Below are positions 23,753-36,643 of a stretch of DNA of 64,000 nucleotides, one piece after another. The DNA comes from Podarcis pityusensis (taxonomy: Eukaryota). The notes under the pieces are model-generated. The model was given only the letters and a program-made list of their open reading frames with translations, did not search any database and was not told where the DNA came from. Where the stretch lies: the NCBI GenBank assembly GCA_964106645.2, contig OZ067047.1; one strand, written 5' to 3'. The translations under genes and the position numbers were made by a program. The stretch's first letter is position 1; each line of letters opens with the position of its first letter.

Positions 23753-25231
23753 CAAAAATTTCCACTACTAGAGTGCAGAACTTGTAAGGTTGCCGCAGGA
23801 GCCCTCTCAGCCAGGGTGTTCATATCTAGATAAAGATGAGAATATATGGACTGTGTTTTCACAGGCTGCATGTGTTCGATTTCACTCGATTTCTATGGTA
23901 TTGTGTGCATGCCCAGCTTGGTGAGTAATTTAAATATCTTGAATTAGCAAGCCAGCTAATGTACCCCTTCTGATACCTGCAGCTCTTCTACGGAATTCAG
24001 ATGGAACAAAACCTAGTACACATTATAAACAAATCTTTAATTTGAGAAGGGGGAAAGGAATCCGTTTAAAGATAAAAATGCAGGTGCCTTGCCTTCTGTA
24101 AAATTAAAACCAATGCTGTAGCACTAGCCCTGTGGTATTAAACAAATTGTGTAGAAGTATTTTGAAGTCACTTTGAAGATATTTCATCCTGCAAATGTAT
24201 CCTGGTTTTGTGTGTGTAAATGAGAACTTTTAAGTTGGGGTTCACCAGTCACAAATCCAACTACATGGAGTCTATCTGCATACCAGCTTGAGCGCTGCTC
24301 AGGGAAATGTAGCATGTGTATGGTTAGGAGAGATAGGACCCCTAGCATAGTGTTCAGCACGTTCAGTCTTTGGGGAAGCCATGACTGGTAGAAAAGCAAG
24401 ATTTATAGATATGCCATTAGAATAGTTGTTTCCATTTAACTATTTAACCCGGTGGTATCCAATTAACGAAGTACTGCAGACCCCATTTTTCAATAGTCAA
24501 GCCAATGACCCTCCTACTTTTGAAAATGTAGGTATCTCTGCAGTACTTTTTGCTACGTGAATGGTACCACGGACCACCAATAGGGAACCACTGCTTTAGC
24601 CCATTATACATGCCTAACAACTAAGAGGATCTATGCAGTTAGTTGTTTTAAAAGGCGTGAAATATGTTGGCTGTGATCCTAAGTAAAGCTTTTTATTATT
24701 TCATTGGGAACCATTTCTCCTCCAACTTTCCAAGCTATTGCAGAACTCTGAAAGTAGACTACAGCCTACAGAAGCTCATGCCACAAGACATGTGTTCATA
24801 GTTACAGTACCACAGCACTCTATCACTTGCTGCCATCAGCTAATACGGTTACTTCTTCCAGATTTTTTTTTTAACATGCCAACTAGAAATTAACTTTTAT
24901 TGTCTTGAGGAAGTCATGTAGTTGAACCTCCAATTCCAGCAAAAACAGTGAGGGTTCAGATTACTTCCTCCTTGCCGAGATGTGATAAACACACAACTAG
25001 CTAAGGTTTAGTGGCCTGTATTATCTTCATGCAATGTTTAATAAAAGGATCACACAGGATGACATTTTTAAATACTAGCAGTAAACTTTGCTTTCATGAT
25101 CAGCCACCTGCCTATTTTCTGAATTGTGCTCTCATTGTTTCACACGTATGCATTGGAAGGTCTTTTCAATAAAAAGCGCAAACTCCGGTACTATACGAAA
25201 GTAAATGGAAAGTCAAAACAGATTTGAAACT

Positions 25232-25237
25232 TTTATT
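25232..25237 (-). terminator. Probable CCT2 polyadenylation signal
   Basis: AATAAA on the - strand about 210 nt after the stop codon. Confidence 0.6.
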
Positions 25238-25448
25238 ATGGGGTACTACAAAGAGGATGGTGGGGAAGTATAGATGTTATACAATAAGAATGAATTGGTC
25301 TTTTTGAAACAATATAAGTTAAACCAACAAAAGAATGATCACATTGCCAAAGCTCAATATTCCATCCCTTTATTCTTCAAATCGCTCTGAAGCGCACAAC
25401 GTATTTTGCAAACTTCTGGTCCACGTGTTTTTACTGACCACGGAATAC

Positions 25449-25479
25449 TCAACACGGATAACGATCTGGTACTCTTTTC
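25449..25479 (-). CDS. CCT2: CCT2 exon 16 (terminal)
   Basis: cag|G AAA AGA GTA CCA GAT CGT TAT CCG TGT TGA. Confidence 0.92.
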
Positions 25480-28400
25480 CTGAAAGAAGAATCAGAATTC
25501 AGTACACACAAATGTTGGGAGGAAAGAAGAGTCTCCAAGTTCATTGCAAGCCTAGAATGGTAAGAACCTAAAAGTGTTTGTACATGTTTGTTATTTAGTT
25601 CATCAGCAATAGCCTTCTCAGTCCACTCTTAATTGCCCAGGTAATCCCAGAGTAGGTTACAATGATATTTCAATTCGTAACAGTAGCAGGCAGAGATAAC
25701 TACAAGTCAAGAGGGTAAGACTACTACCACAGATGCCTACAAGAGAGTTGGCACCAGCTATATCTGAGGAGGGGGGAATTTGGCAGTCAGACAACCAGCA
25801 CCAAGAAAGTCCTCCCTCCTGCGTTGTTTATCAGTCAATTAATTGCAGCTCCATCAAGAGGATCTCCCCACAGATCTTCATGTACGAGCTCCCCACACGT
25901 TGGATCCCTTTGGCCAAGCCCTTCTGATTATTTTCAATCAGCCAAAAAAGGCAAGTGCCGAGAGGGTATGTTTTCAGTCCCGCTGCTTCAACTCCTTGGC
26001 CACATCCTCAGGCCTCAAAACCTGAAACAGATCCTACTAGACCAAATAGGACACTGATGGTACCTTGATGGGAGTATATCCTATCTTAGCAGGTAGCATC
26101 AAATGTGCAACCGTAACAAAATTTCATAAACATAGAAGCATACCTATTATAAGGAAATTATAGTTCAAATCAATTGTTTTTCTGATAAAGATTGATTACG
26201 GCATTGTCTCGCAAGAACTAGGAAAGCTTTGGGTTTTACCTTGGAGCTGCTTTAATAATATCATCGACACGGAGAATCACCTCTGCAGCTTCAGCAGCAC
26301 TCAGCAAAACTTGCCGTTTCACTTGAAAGCTTTCCACCACTCCCAGAGTTGCCATGTCTGCAATGGTAGCCTCCTTCATGTCTTCAAGAGATTAAAAAAA
26401 AAAAATTCTCAGTGTTAACAAGGCAAGCATCCCATTTCCATAGTTTTTTTGCATTTTCTATCTTGGCACTATTAAAATGATACTGATTTTAATTAAAGGT
26501 CTACACATTTTCAAGTGGAATTTGCATTTAGTGAAATTCAGTCTTACGCTTGATTTTAATTTTCACTGCTGTTGTTGAATGTAAAGCACCCCAAAGCAGC
26601 TTCTATTCCCACTGCAAGTGTTTATACACAAAGGTGTATTTTTTAAAAATAAAACATACAAACTATATATAAAAATCCTTACCAAGTCCATACGTGGTTT
26701 TCCCTTCAATATGAGCAGCTCGAAGCTGGGAAACCAAATCTGCACTGTCATAGCCAGCGTTATCAGCGATGATAGTTGGGAGCTAACAAAATAAAGCAGG
26801 CTTGTTAGACCATTTGGCAAAGAACAAACCTGCAAACTACATGCCAGTTGCAAAAATAAATAACAATAATGCACAGCACACATGTAAGCGCTATGAGTTA
26901 CTATTGTACTATTGCACTATCCTTACTCAAAATATGTGTATCCTTGATGCAGAATCTGAATTTGTCAATACTGACAATCTTTGGCAATCCCTCCCATTCA
27001 TTGAATAGAAACAAGTTTACAAGAGAATCCCAGATCTCTGCTTAGGTCAGGGCTAGAGAACCATTATCCCTGACCACTGGCCAGGGCTGATGGAAGGTGG
27101 AGTCCAACAACATCTGGAGGGCCACAGTCCTTCATTCCTGGTTCAAGGGAATCCTGCTACAATTGGTTTGGAGAGAGAGAAAGCCAACCCATGTTTTAAA
27201 AGCGCTTAGAAATAACACTATGTAAAGTCAGCCAAGCCAAAAGAAACATGGGAAAGGGGCTAGAGGAAGATAGGTAATGTTACTGTTCCTTGGTTAACAA
27301 GGGCAGAGTTTGGTTGCATGAGCCACAAACCTGAAAACTACCATCTCAAAAGACTTTGCAATGACCAACAACCAGTAAATGTTGTGTGGGTGCTCAGCCT
27401 CTTCATCATAATTATTAGCTTTCAGAGCACTGTGCTTCGTTATACTGGTAGTAAAGAGAACCAAACACTAGCTTACCGTGCTCAAGGCCTTAGCGAAAGA
27501 CTCCATTGCTACGGATTCTTTGCCTGGTGTTCTCTTTGCAAGCTCCCAGACAGCATTAGCCATTAACATCTCTGAGCAGCCTATGTGTTAGGAAACAAAC
27601 AGACACCTTGTAACCAACCTGGGCAAGTATTAAAGTTAATCTTTCAATTGCTGGAGCTAAAATAAGAACCCTGTATATTTACCTCCACCATACACCGTTC
27701 TAGTATCTTTTACAGTCTGGGCAAGAACACACAGTGCATCATGCAGAGATCTTTCCGCTTCATCTATGATCTGTTGTGTTGCACCACGCAGCACTACGGT
27801 GCATGCTTCACCTAAAAGGTATAAAAAGGTAAGGAAAAGCAATAAAAATATTTCCAACAAAATCCTGTCTCCTACATAGCGATATATAAAAGGACACTGA
27901 ACCTGCTGCCCTGATGTCTATCAAGCCAAAACCTAAAGCCGCATAGTGGTGACTGGTTGTTATTATTATTTTTATTAATTATTGTTAAAATATGTGTACC
28001 ACCCTTCATCTGCAGATCTCAGGGCAGCTCACAACATAAAAACACAATATAAAAGCATAAAAACAAGAAACAATAAACCAATAACCCCCCCCCCCAACTA
28101 GATGAACTGAGCTACTAGAGATGGTTGCTCTGTAGCTGCTTTTGTTGCATATTCAGGCATTTCCCTTTGCATACTTGCAAAAGGTGTTATTCTGTCTCGA
28201 GGTGGTAGAGGTGCTGGGGTCATTGCTCTTTCCATGTGTGGGTAACATATCAGCATTGCTGCTAACCACCATCCCCGATAGTTTCCAGGGACGTGCCTGT
28301 TGTTTTTAAAAATTTCAGACTGTGGGTATCTTCTCCCTTCCTTGGGTAAAGCATGAATGCAAGGTGGCAGCTGCTCCAGACACAGCAGTGGACAGTAGCT

Positions 28401-31400
28401 GGTACATATGATTGTTCTGTCCAACACTGAGCAGCAAAACCTACCCATGGCAACTCCAGAGAAATGAAGAAGTTTATCTTCACCAATCATGACTTCTTCA
28501 ATCAGCTTGCAGCTTCCTAGCTTCACCAATTCTGGATGGTCAAAAGTTGAAGCAATTTCACCACCTGAGAATGAATGCAACTTTGTGTTAGCCTTTTCCT
28601 CCCACAAGTGTAAAATAGTTTTAGTAACTGTTTACTTAGTAGACATACGAACCTGAACTTTGAAAAGAAGCTTTTATGAAAAGAAGTATGAGCAGATGTT
28701 CATCAGTCTCTGTCTCTGTCTCTCTCTCTGTGTGTGTTTTGTTTTAAAGAAACTACTATGCTAATATGCCACTTTTCACCTTAAATTATGGAGACATCCT
28801 CACTATCATTGTGCAATTTTTAAAAAAAAAATGTATTGGTAGCCACTTTCAGCTCTCATAGTTGGCCCGCAAACAGCAAAGAAGCTGGGTTCTGTGTAAC
28901 TTTCCTGAATAGCTAAGAAAGAAATCAGATTTACAATATGTTGCAAAAAAAAAAAAAATGAAGTGTAGGAGTACGAGTTCAGATCCTTTGTTCAATGGAT
29001 GGTACTTTGCCATCAAGGTAAGGTATTTACTATGTGATTCCTGGTTATTAGTGGCATGTTTTTTCTGGTGCTGCTGATTTACTTTTATTATGCAGTTGTG
29101 TTGTTTTTTGTTTTTTTTACTGTACCACATTCTGGGATCCCTTGTGCAACAAAAGGCAGGTTAAAAATAATTCTGTACCTGTAACAAGAGCTAGACGTTC
29201 AACTCCAGCAAAATCTGCATGTTCAATAGCCATAACACCAGCAGCAGCAAACATCTGTTCTGGGTAGTTATAGATCAATTGCCTGTAATAAGAAAAGGTG
29301 CTCATAATAACGTGGCAGGAAACATAACTTAATTTATCCCAGCAAAAACTTCCATAGTGCTTAACAGTACAATGATTTTTAAACATTGCGTATTACTTTA
29401 ACTGTTAACGACTAGTAACCAAGGTTTTGTTCTTGGGTTCAACAAGCTTTCACCCATGGTATGGCATGGCAGCAGCAGCAGGTATGAGGAAGGAGTGATG
29501 TGGGAATTTCTGAGCACCTTGCACCAACATGCTGTTTGCTCACACTAAACTACAGTTTGTTTTAAGCAGTGGTTTAAGGTGATGTGTGAACTGTGCCACT
29601 ATGTAGTTACAGGCTTGTCAGCAGAGGCTCTGAAGAGTCAATCAGCATGTTCCAAACATCCCTCAGCATAATGCATACCTGTTGATAAAGCAGTTTATTC
29701 CATGCTTCAGAATACGTTCAACCTTCTCCTTCATTTTCTCTTTTTCTGCTTGTTCAATTTCTGCCACCTTTGCTGTGGAATCCACTCTTACACGGGAGCC
29801 AAATATCTAAGAAATAAATATGGCAATATTAAGCAATAGCTCAAGTGCTTTGACTACACTACGATTTGCACCACAAAAATTACTTACCTTAATTTTATCA
29901 GTATCCATGCCAGTATTTGCAATAAGGATTTTTGCATTTTCAATCCTTTTTGGCTGGTTGACTCCAATTTTTTTATCCAACAGAAAACCTAAAATGAAGA
30001 AGAATCAGACAGGATTATCGGGCATATTTTATGAAACTGAACAGGTTGCCTGAGTCTCTTTTCACTCAAACAGTCATAGGAATAGATTCAACACTTAGTT
30101 GAATAAAACAAAGCGGTATTCCCCCCAAATCATATGAAGCATCAAGGAACACACAGGGCAGACCAAAATGAAACAGCAATAGAATCCGAAGATACTTAGC
30201 TTCTTAAATGTAGATAATTTGAGGCTACTTCAGATGCTTAATTCGTACAATACTTTATGAAGTGACCCAAGTGCATAAGTATGAAAAGGTTTCTCTCAGA
30301 ATGGGCAAACATTCAGTTTACATAGGTAATCCTGTGATTAAAAACCATTCAGGAAGCAATGCAAACATGATCCACTTACGTTTCACATCTATGGAAATAG
30401 CTTTCAGAGGCCCTTCTCTGCATGCAAAATATTACATCGGAACTTGCCTTCAAAATTTTACCAAGGCTAATAGAAACATACAAATACTGGCTGAACTAAT
30501 ATATCACAGTAAGCCATAACCCATCTTGTTCCTTCCATTTTCAGCACTATATCTGAACCAGTGATTGTGTTTGTTTCGCTCCTACAAACCATGAGCCGTA
30601 AGCAAAGAAGAAAATTTGGTTACAGATCAGTTTATTTAGAGTGAAACAAACTATGATCCCTGGTTTGGGCATAACACTGAGACAGGAATTGTGAGCGATT
30701 TTTCTCCCAGTGCAAGCCTGCAGGAATAAAGTAGGCACTATTTTGTTTGTGAACACTGTGTTATGGCTTACATGACAGCAAACAATGTTTTTTTAAATGG
30801 CTTAGTGGAAAGCCTGCTATTTTATCTTCATAGTAAGCAATGACAAGGTTCCTTGCTATGACATAATTTACTGAATTGTTACCAGTAAGCAAAATTATAC
30901 CTTCATCCAAGTAGGAGTCTATTAGACTTCCTCCTAGTTTCTTGATGATATGAATAGCTTCCAGATTACCAGATCCCTTCAGCCTAAGGACAGCATCTAC
31001 TGCAAGTTTTGCAAAGTGATCTTTATGATGAGTAAGCAATTTTGAAGAGAGTGTGGTTTCTGCAATATTCATTAAGTCTTTGTGAAATGAAGCTTCATTT
31101 CCCCTGAAAAGCAGAAAAAGTAAACTTAAAAGCACATCTTGGATCACTAAAATATATGGCCTTGATCCAGAGAACCATACAGCAAAGTTCTGCATATAAT
31201 TGCAAGGCTTCTGACACTCCACTTTCGAACAACAACCACCCACCTACACCAACCTAACAAGCCGCTACCCAAACTTGGAAGACATTATCTTCAAGTGTTA
31301 AGAACAAAAATACTGTAAGCCCTGGCAAATGCCTAATAGCATGTCCTGCACTATTTGTATCTTAGAAGAATGTAAAACTGTATTTTCACATAAAGATGTC

Positions 31401-34400
31401 CAATGTTTCATCTGCATATTGAAGAGACTAAATTAATCCATGAATCATGGGTTTTATTTTTTCAAATGCAGAACCTCCTCAGCATTTAAAATCCATGAAT
31501 AAACAGCAGTACAATAGGGTTTTGCCTCATTAATGTGCCATAGACCCAGTCCTTCCCTCTGTATCTAGCACATTTTTGAACTCTGGTATAAATCAAAGTT
31601 TTGTAACACAGGTCAATTTTTTCTAATACAAGACAATTTTATTCAAAATATAGAATAATGTCCTAGAACACTGTCCTATCCAGGTGTGAAGAAGTCTTGT
31701 TCACTAGGACAAAAGCATCTGAAATAGGGAGGCTATTCTTTCCACAATAGCCACTGTAAAATATTTAAAGTAGTTGGAAAAATAAAAAACTAAAGAGGGA
31801 ACAAGCCATTTGCATCAGACACCATTGTCTTTAAAACATGTTTTTCACAAATAAATACAGCAATATCTAAAATAATATGCTGCAGAATTCAGAATGTTTT
31901 TAATCTGTTGTGAGCCGCCCAGAGTGGCTGGGGAAACCCAGCCGGGTGGGCGGGGTATAAATAAATTAGTAGTAGTAGTATGTTCAGGATAAATTTCAAT
32001 ACTATTTTGCTTATCGGTAGAATATTACAACGAAGTTGTGTGTTTCAAATAGCAGGAAACACTTCTTTAAGTGTAAGCACCATTCAGCTCTTAATGCTAC
32101 TTTCCTTTTTTTGTTTGGCTGCACACACCTGTCATTAGTTACATGATATTGGACCATAACAATCTGAGAGACAAATGCCTGTTGTCTGTGACTAGAACTA
32201 ACCCATGATCCACAGCAGATTTCACCAAGGCTTCTCTTGCTGCTTTTGTGGCTTCTCTCCAACCTGCAATAATGGTCTGAGGGTGGATTTTTCTGGCAAT
32301 CAATAATTCTGCCTCCTAGAAAAATAAAAGCATTTAGTTTATCTTAATGCAGTTGCAAGTAAAACAACAGTAACTTCAAGTGTGCTTTCCGACAAACACA
32401 TGCCACTTTCTTGTTCCTTTTTTCAGTTGTCTCAATGACGTAACGGCTTAAATAAGATTACCTGGAATCTTCAACAAATAAAAGCTCCCTAATTTTTTTT
32501 TATCAGTATACCTTATACATATTCTATAAAGTTAGCTATATTAGTTTGTTCCAGCAAAAAAACTTCAACTTAGCATTTCAGCATACCTTTTCAGTGTTTT
32601 AAAAAATGGAACTATTTATTACCCTTAGCAATTCAGCTGCCAGAACAGTTACTGAAGTAGTTCCATCTCCAACTTCGTCATCTTGAACCTTGGACATATC
32701 TGTGAGGAAAACGTTACCACATAAGCTTTAATATTGAAGTATCATGTTCGCATTCTATATGGCTATACAGAAATCAGAGATAAAAACAGGATCTCTCTAA
32801 CTGCACTGTCATACTATAGGCAAGGCTGTATGTGCCCAGGATAGGGCACTATGTCATGAGAAGCAAATACAGCATTATGCAATGCTTAAGCAGCACCATC
32901 CAGCTTTTTCTTTACGTCTAAGTTTGACTGCTTTGGTTCAAGAACCAGCATGATGTGGTGAATAATGTCAGACTGGGAACACAGCGTAGTTTTCACAGGA
33001 AGCAGACAATCTACAATCTTTTAATTTAGCAAAATAAAATATCCCCGTAATGTATTTAGTCAAACATACCAACCAAAACCTTGGCTGCAGGGTTGTCCAC
33101 TCCAATAGCTTTTAAGATAGTTGCCCCATCATTGGTTACTGTCACTGTGCCTTCTCTTCCAGTACTAAGGAGAATCTTGTCCTGAAGGTCCATATTTGAA
33201 GATATTAAATATTTGACTCAAAAGTGGTAACAGTGACAAAACAATGTATTTCAGAAATTACAAATAACTTACCATGCCCTTAGGTCCCAAAGTGCTTTTA
33301 ACTAGATCTCCAATGGCAATAGCCCCAACAAAAGATGACTGGAATAAAAAAGGGGAAATTATAAATATGACCCCAAGCAGAATAAGCTCAAGCTTTCTTT
33401 TATAGCAAACATATACAGGTGCAACTACAGTTCTAGATATCAAGTATCAATGAATATTAGACTTGCCAAACGGGCTGTCTCTGCTCTCTCTTCATCAGCA
33501 CCAGCCTTGAAGATATTCACAGGTGCTAGGGATAAGGATGCCTGAAATAATAGGAAACAAAATGCCAATTAGCATATAGGAAAGACTTAATTTTCAAATA
33601 ACAATTTTACACCTTGCCATCCACTTACTATGAGTGTTATGCAATTTCTGAATTGCTCACATTGTGACTATTGCTCCTTTCAGGCATGATGTTCACTTAT
33701 AAATCCTACATACTAACAGGTACAAGAGCACTAAGTTCTGCCTCCCAGATCACCACTGTCATCGCCCTTCATGAGTCTGAAGTGGACAGCATTTTCTATT
33801 TGGGGGTTAGGGTGGAGGCTAACAGTGTGATTTAAAGTATGAATCAACCCAGAACCTGCAATCATCATCTGAGGTGCTTCTTTGAGCGCCTCCGCAAGAG
33901 GTCTGGAGGGTGGCAGCACAAGATCAGGTCTTTTCTGCAGTGGCTTCCCATTTGTGGAATGCTCTTCACAAGGAGTCCACCTGTCGCTTTCATCACACAT
34001 CTTTAGGTGCCCAGCAAAAATGTTACTCTGTAACCTGGTCTTGGGCTGATTTAACATTCTATGGCTTTTTAAATGTGTTTGCGGGAGAGAAACGATTGGT
34101 TTGTTTTCGTTTTATTATGTATTTTGTGTTTTCATTCTGTTTTGTTTTTTTAATGTGGTCAACTGCCCTGTGGTCGTCAGGTGAAGGGCGACAAACAAAT
34201 TTAATAAATAATAAAAGTAATAATAAAAAATCTTACAAAAGCAGGGTTCTAGATCACAGTAGGAGCACTTCATCCTCCAATTTGTGGAGGGCAACAGTAT
34301 GGTGATGTTTGGGGAATGAGCTGAGCATGTTTGTCCCTCCTCAGGTGTAAAATGTACACACAAATCGAACAACCAAACAAGAGCTTACAGCTGCAAAACA

Positions 34401-35695
34401 GCAATAAGGAATATCTGGACCGCAGGCCAAATAAAGCCCACAAGGCCCACCAGGCCATTTTGGTCAAGCCGCACGAGCCTGTCTCGTACCTGCTATTGTC
34501 AAGTGTGGGGCAGCTAAAGACACACTGTCCGCAAAGCTTCCCAAGCTCTGATCATCAGATTTTGCAAAGTCTTGTGCATGGGACTTTGAAAGACCCGCTG
34601 ATCAGACGGATGCTAGTTCTTGCAGAACGCCACACACATGGCGTCGACAGGCTCCATGATCAGACGATGTTCAGCACTTTACGCCCCTCTCTGCTTGGTT
34701 TCAAACAACAAGGGCTAATACAGGTAGCCTCGCCCACCTGTCAAACTTGGGGGGGGGGGGACAAGGATGTGGTCCACCCACCAGATCCAGGCCCCCCACC
34801 CCTGCTGCAGAATGCAACGTGAACTGCAGTGCAAATCGCTACAGTGGTATCTCGGGTTAAGTAATTAATTCGTTCCGGAGGTCCGTACTTAACCTCAAAC
34901 TGTTCTTAACCTGAGGTACCACTTTAGCTAATGGGGCCTCCTGCTGCTGACGTGCCGCCGGAGCACGATTTCTGTTCTCATCCTAAAGCAAAGTTCTTAA
35001 CCCGAGGTATTATTTCTGGGTTAGTGGAGTTTGTAACCTGAAGTGTATGTAACCCAGGGTACCACTGTACATCGGAATTTAAGAAAAAGGGTGGTGTGTG
35101 TGACGCCATAGGCATGGCAGCAGCCAGGCTCCAGTGAAAGGAGTCTTCACACAGATCCCCAATGAACTCGGGAGGCGACGGGACTCTCTTTCCTTGGGAG
35201 ATTTTGAATCATAAAAGGAAGCTCTACGTGAGATTCCTGCCTTGCAGGGGGTTGGGCTAGATGACCCCGGGATCCCTTCCAACCCTATGAAATGACAGCA
35301 TGGAACTACAACCAAGAGGCCTCTCCGGAGTCCCGTCCCCCCCCCCCCCCAGCTGCGGCTTCCTTTGTCTCTGGCGCTGGCTGCCTGCGCACCGAAGGGA
35401 GAGGGAGGCGACCCTTCCTCCTCGGGCCGAGGAAAGGCGACGGGGACGGCCTGAAGGGATGAAGGCCCCAGCATCCTATCCACCGTGAACGGCGCCGCCC
35501 AAGGCGAGAGCGGGGCCCAGGGGCCTCTCCATCCCCGGCCGTTGCCACCAGGGCGTCACCAGCTCCCCTCCCCCTTTCCGGTAATTCTGGAACCTTCGGT
35601 TCCCTTCCCTCCCCCCCTCAGCCACGCCGGGCTCCGGCTCCCCCTCAGCGAAGAGGGACGGAGGGGATGGGATTATCAGACTCGAGGCTCACCAT
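25449..35695 (-). CDS. CCT2: T-complex protein 1 subunit beta (CCT/TRiC chaperonin), 16 coding exons, 535 aa
   Basis: Exons sum to 1608 nt in frame. Motifs include [66 protein letters not shown] and the C-terminus [10 protein letters not shown]. Confidence 0.97.
26240..26381 (-). CDS. CCT2: CCT2 exon 15
   Basis: [46 protein letters not shown]; AAG acceptor. Confidence 0.93.
26683..26782 (-). CDS. CCT2: CCT2 exon 14
   Basis: [33 protein letters not shown]. Confidence 0.93.
27477..27580 (-). CDS. CCT2: CCT2 exon 13
   Basis: [34 protein letters not shown]. Confidence 0.93.
27683..27811 (-). CDS. CCT2: CCT2 exon 12
   Basis: [42 protein letters not shown]. Confidence 0.95.
28445..28564 (-). 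CDS. CCT2: CCT2 exon 11
   Basis: [39 protein letters not shown]. Confidence 0.95.
29179..29282 (-). CDS. CCT2: CCT2 exon 10
   Basis: [34 protein letters not shown]. Confidence 0.95.
29679..29806 (-). CDS. CCT2: CCT2 exon 9
   Basis: [42 protein letters not shown]. Confidence 0.95.
29888..29988 (-). CDS. CCT2: CCT2 exon 8
   Basis: [33 protein letters not shown]. Confidence 0.95.
30901..31103 (-). CDS. CCT2: CCT2 exon 7
   Basis: [30 protein letters not shown]...SYLDE. Confidence 0.95.
32203..32315 (-). CDS. CCT2: CCT2 exon 6
   Basis: [37 protein letters not shown]. Confidence 0.95.
32623..32699 (-). CDS. CCT2: CCT2 exon 5
   Basis: [25 protein letters not shown]. Confidence 0.95.
33070..33181 (-). 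CDS. CCT2: CCT2 exon 4
   Basis: [37 protein letters not shown]. Confidence 0.95.
33273..33338 (-). CDS. CCT2: CCT2 exon 3
   Basis: [22 protein letters not shown]. Confidence 0.95.
33467..33541 (-). CDS. CCT2: CCT2 exon 2
   Basis: [25 protein letters not shown]|gcaagt (GC donor). Confidence 0.92.
34842..35067. mobile_element. Tc1/mariner MITE in CCT2 intron 1
   Basis: Same TIR family; TA TSD. Confidence 0.8.
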
Positions 35696-35950
35696 GTTGA
35701 CGGCGCGGTGGGGCTTCCAGGCCGCTACTCGAATCTTCCCAGCCGCCTCGTGCCCGGAGCCGCAGCTGCGCGTTCGAGCGGATTCAACGAACACCGGAAA
35801 TGACGATCGCCGCCGGAGAAAGGAAGGGCAGAGCGGGCTCGTTGCATGCCGGGAAGCGTAGTTCCCCCCCCCCCACCGGCGGGTCCTTTATGCCGCTGCG
35901 TAGCGGGTTGGAGCCTAGCCAGGGACTGGCACGAGCTTGTAATGTAACGG
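35300..35950 (-). promoter_or_regulatory. CCT2 CpG-island promoter with ZNF143/SBS motif
   Basis: GC- and CpG-rich; ACTACGCTTCCCGGCATGC at 35844-35862 (- strand); ETS-like CCGGAAAT near 35794; GAAnnTTC at 35731-35738. Confidence 0.75.
35693..35695 (-). CDS. CCT2: CCT2 exon 1 coding part (ATG only)
   Basis: caacATG|gtgagc within the CpG island. Confidence 0.85.
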
Positions 35951-36637
35951 GTGGAGATGGGTTTTCAGATCTAGCTGCTACAGCGGCAAGAATGTTACTC
36001 GCCCCAAAATGGAAAGAAGTAGAAGTCCCAGCAAAGAGAGAATTGGGTACAAAAACTTATGGAGTATGCAGAAAGATTTCTTCCAGCGACCGGCCTACTT
36101 TGAATTGCAGCTGTTCTGGGTATAGCAGTCCCACACAGTGGTATCTATATTTTTTTTAATTAGGCAAAACCGAAGGTTCTAAATACTGTACTGGGTCGCC
36201 ACAAATGTCAGAGACCTGGACTTCAAGATGGGAGATAGTGGTTAGGAACCCCTCTGATCTGGCCCAATTTAAACTATGAGCAAAAATAATGGCCAGAAGC
36301 TATTAACAGACTCCACCATTTAAAGGTGGAGAAGGAAAACTTGCGTTTTTGAACGGTCCTACACAAAACCACTCTCTCTATAGAAACGACAAAGGGAGTT
36401 CACCAGTTTTAACCCAGCCATCAAGTTTCTCTGCTCAAGCACTAACTAGGTTTGGTGGCTTTCAATCCAAAACAGGAGAGACTATTGAATAGCTAATTAA
36501 TGTGATGTGTACTCAAAAGCAGATTATCTTTACAGTTGACTTGACTGTAAGAAAAAGTTCAAAATACAAACACCTGAAAACACCCTTCTCCCATCCACTC
36601 AAGAAGCACTGAACACTTACATAGTAAAAATCAATAT

Positions 36638-36643
36638 TTTATT
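36638..36643 (-). terminator. Candidate distal FRS2 polyadenylation signal
   Basis: GGCAATAAAATATTG at the end of a repeat-poor, AU-rich block that looks like 3' UTR (36630-37800). Confidence 0.45.

Noticed and set aside
23150-23871. Antisense ORFs over LRRC10
   Set aside because: Shadow ORFs produced by codon bias in the sense CDS.
34331-34822. 163-aa ORF in CCT2 intron 1 (+ strand)
   Set aside because: TTG start, no recognisable homology, and antisense within an intron.
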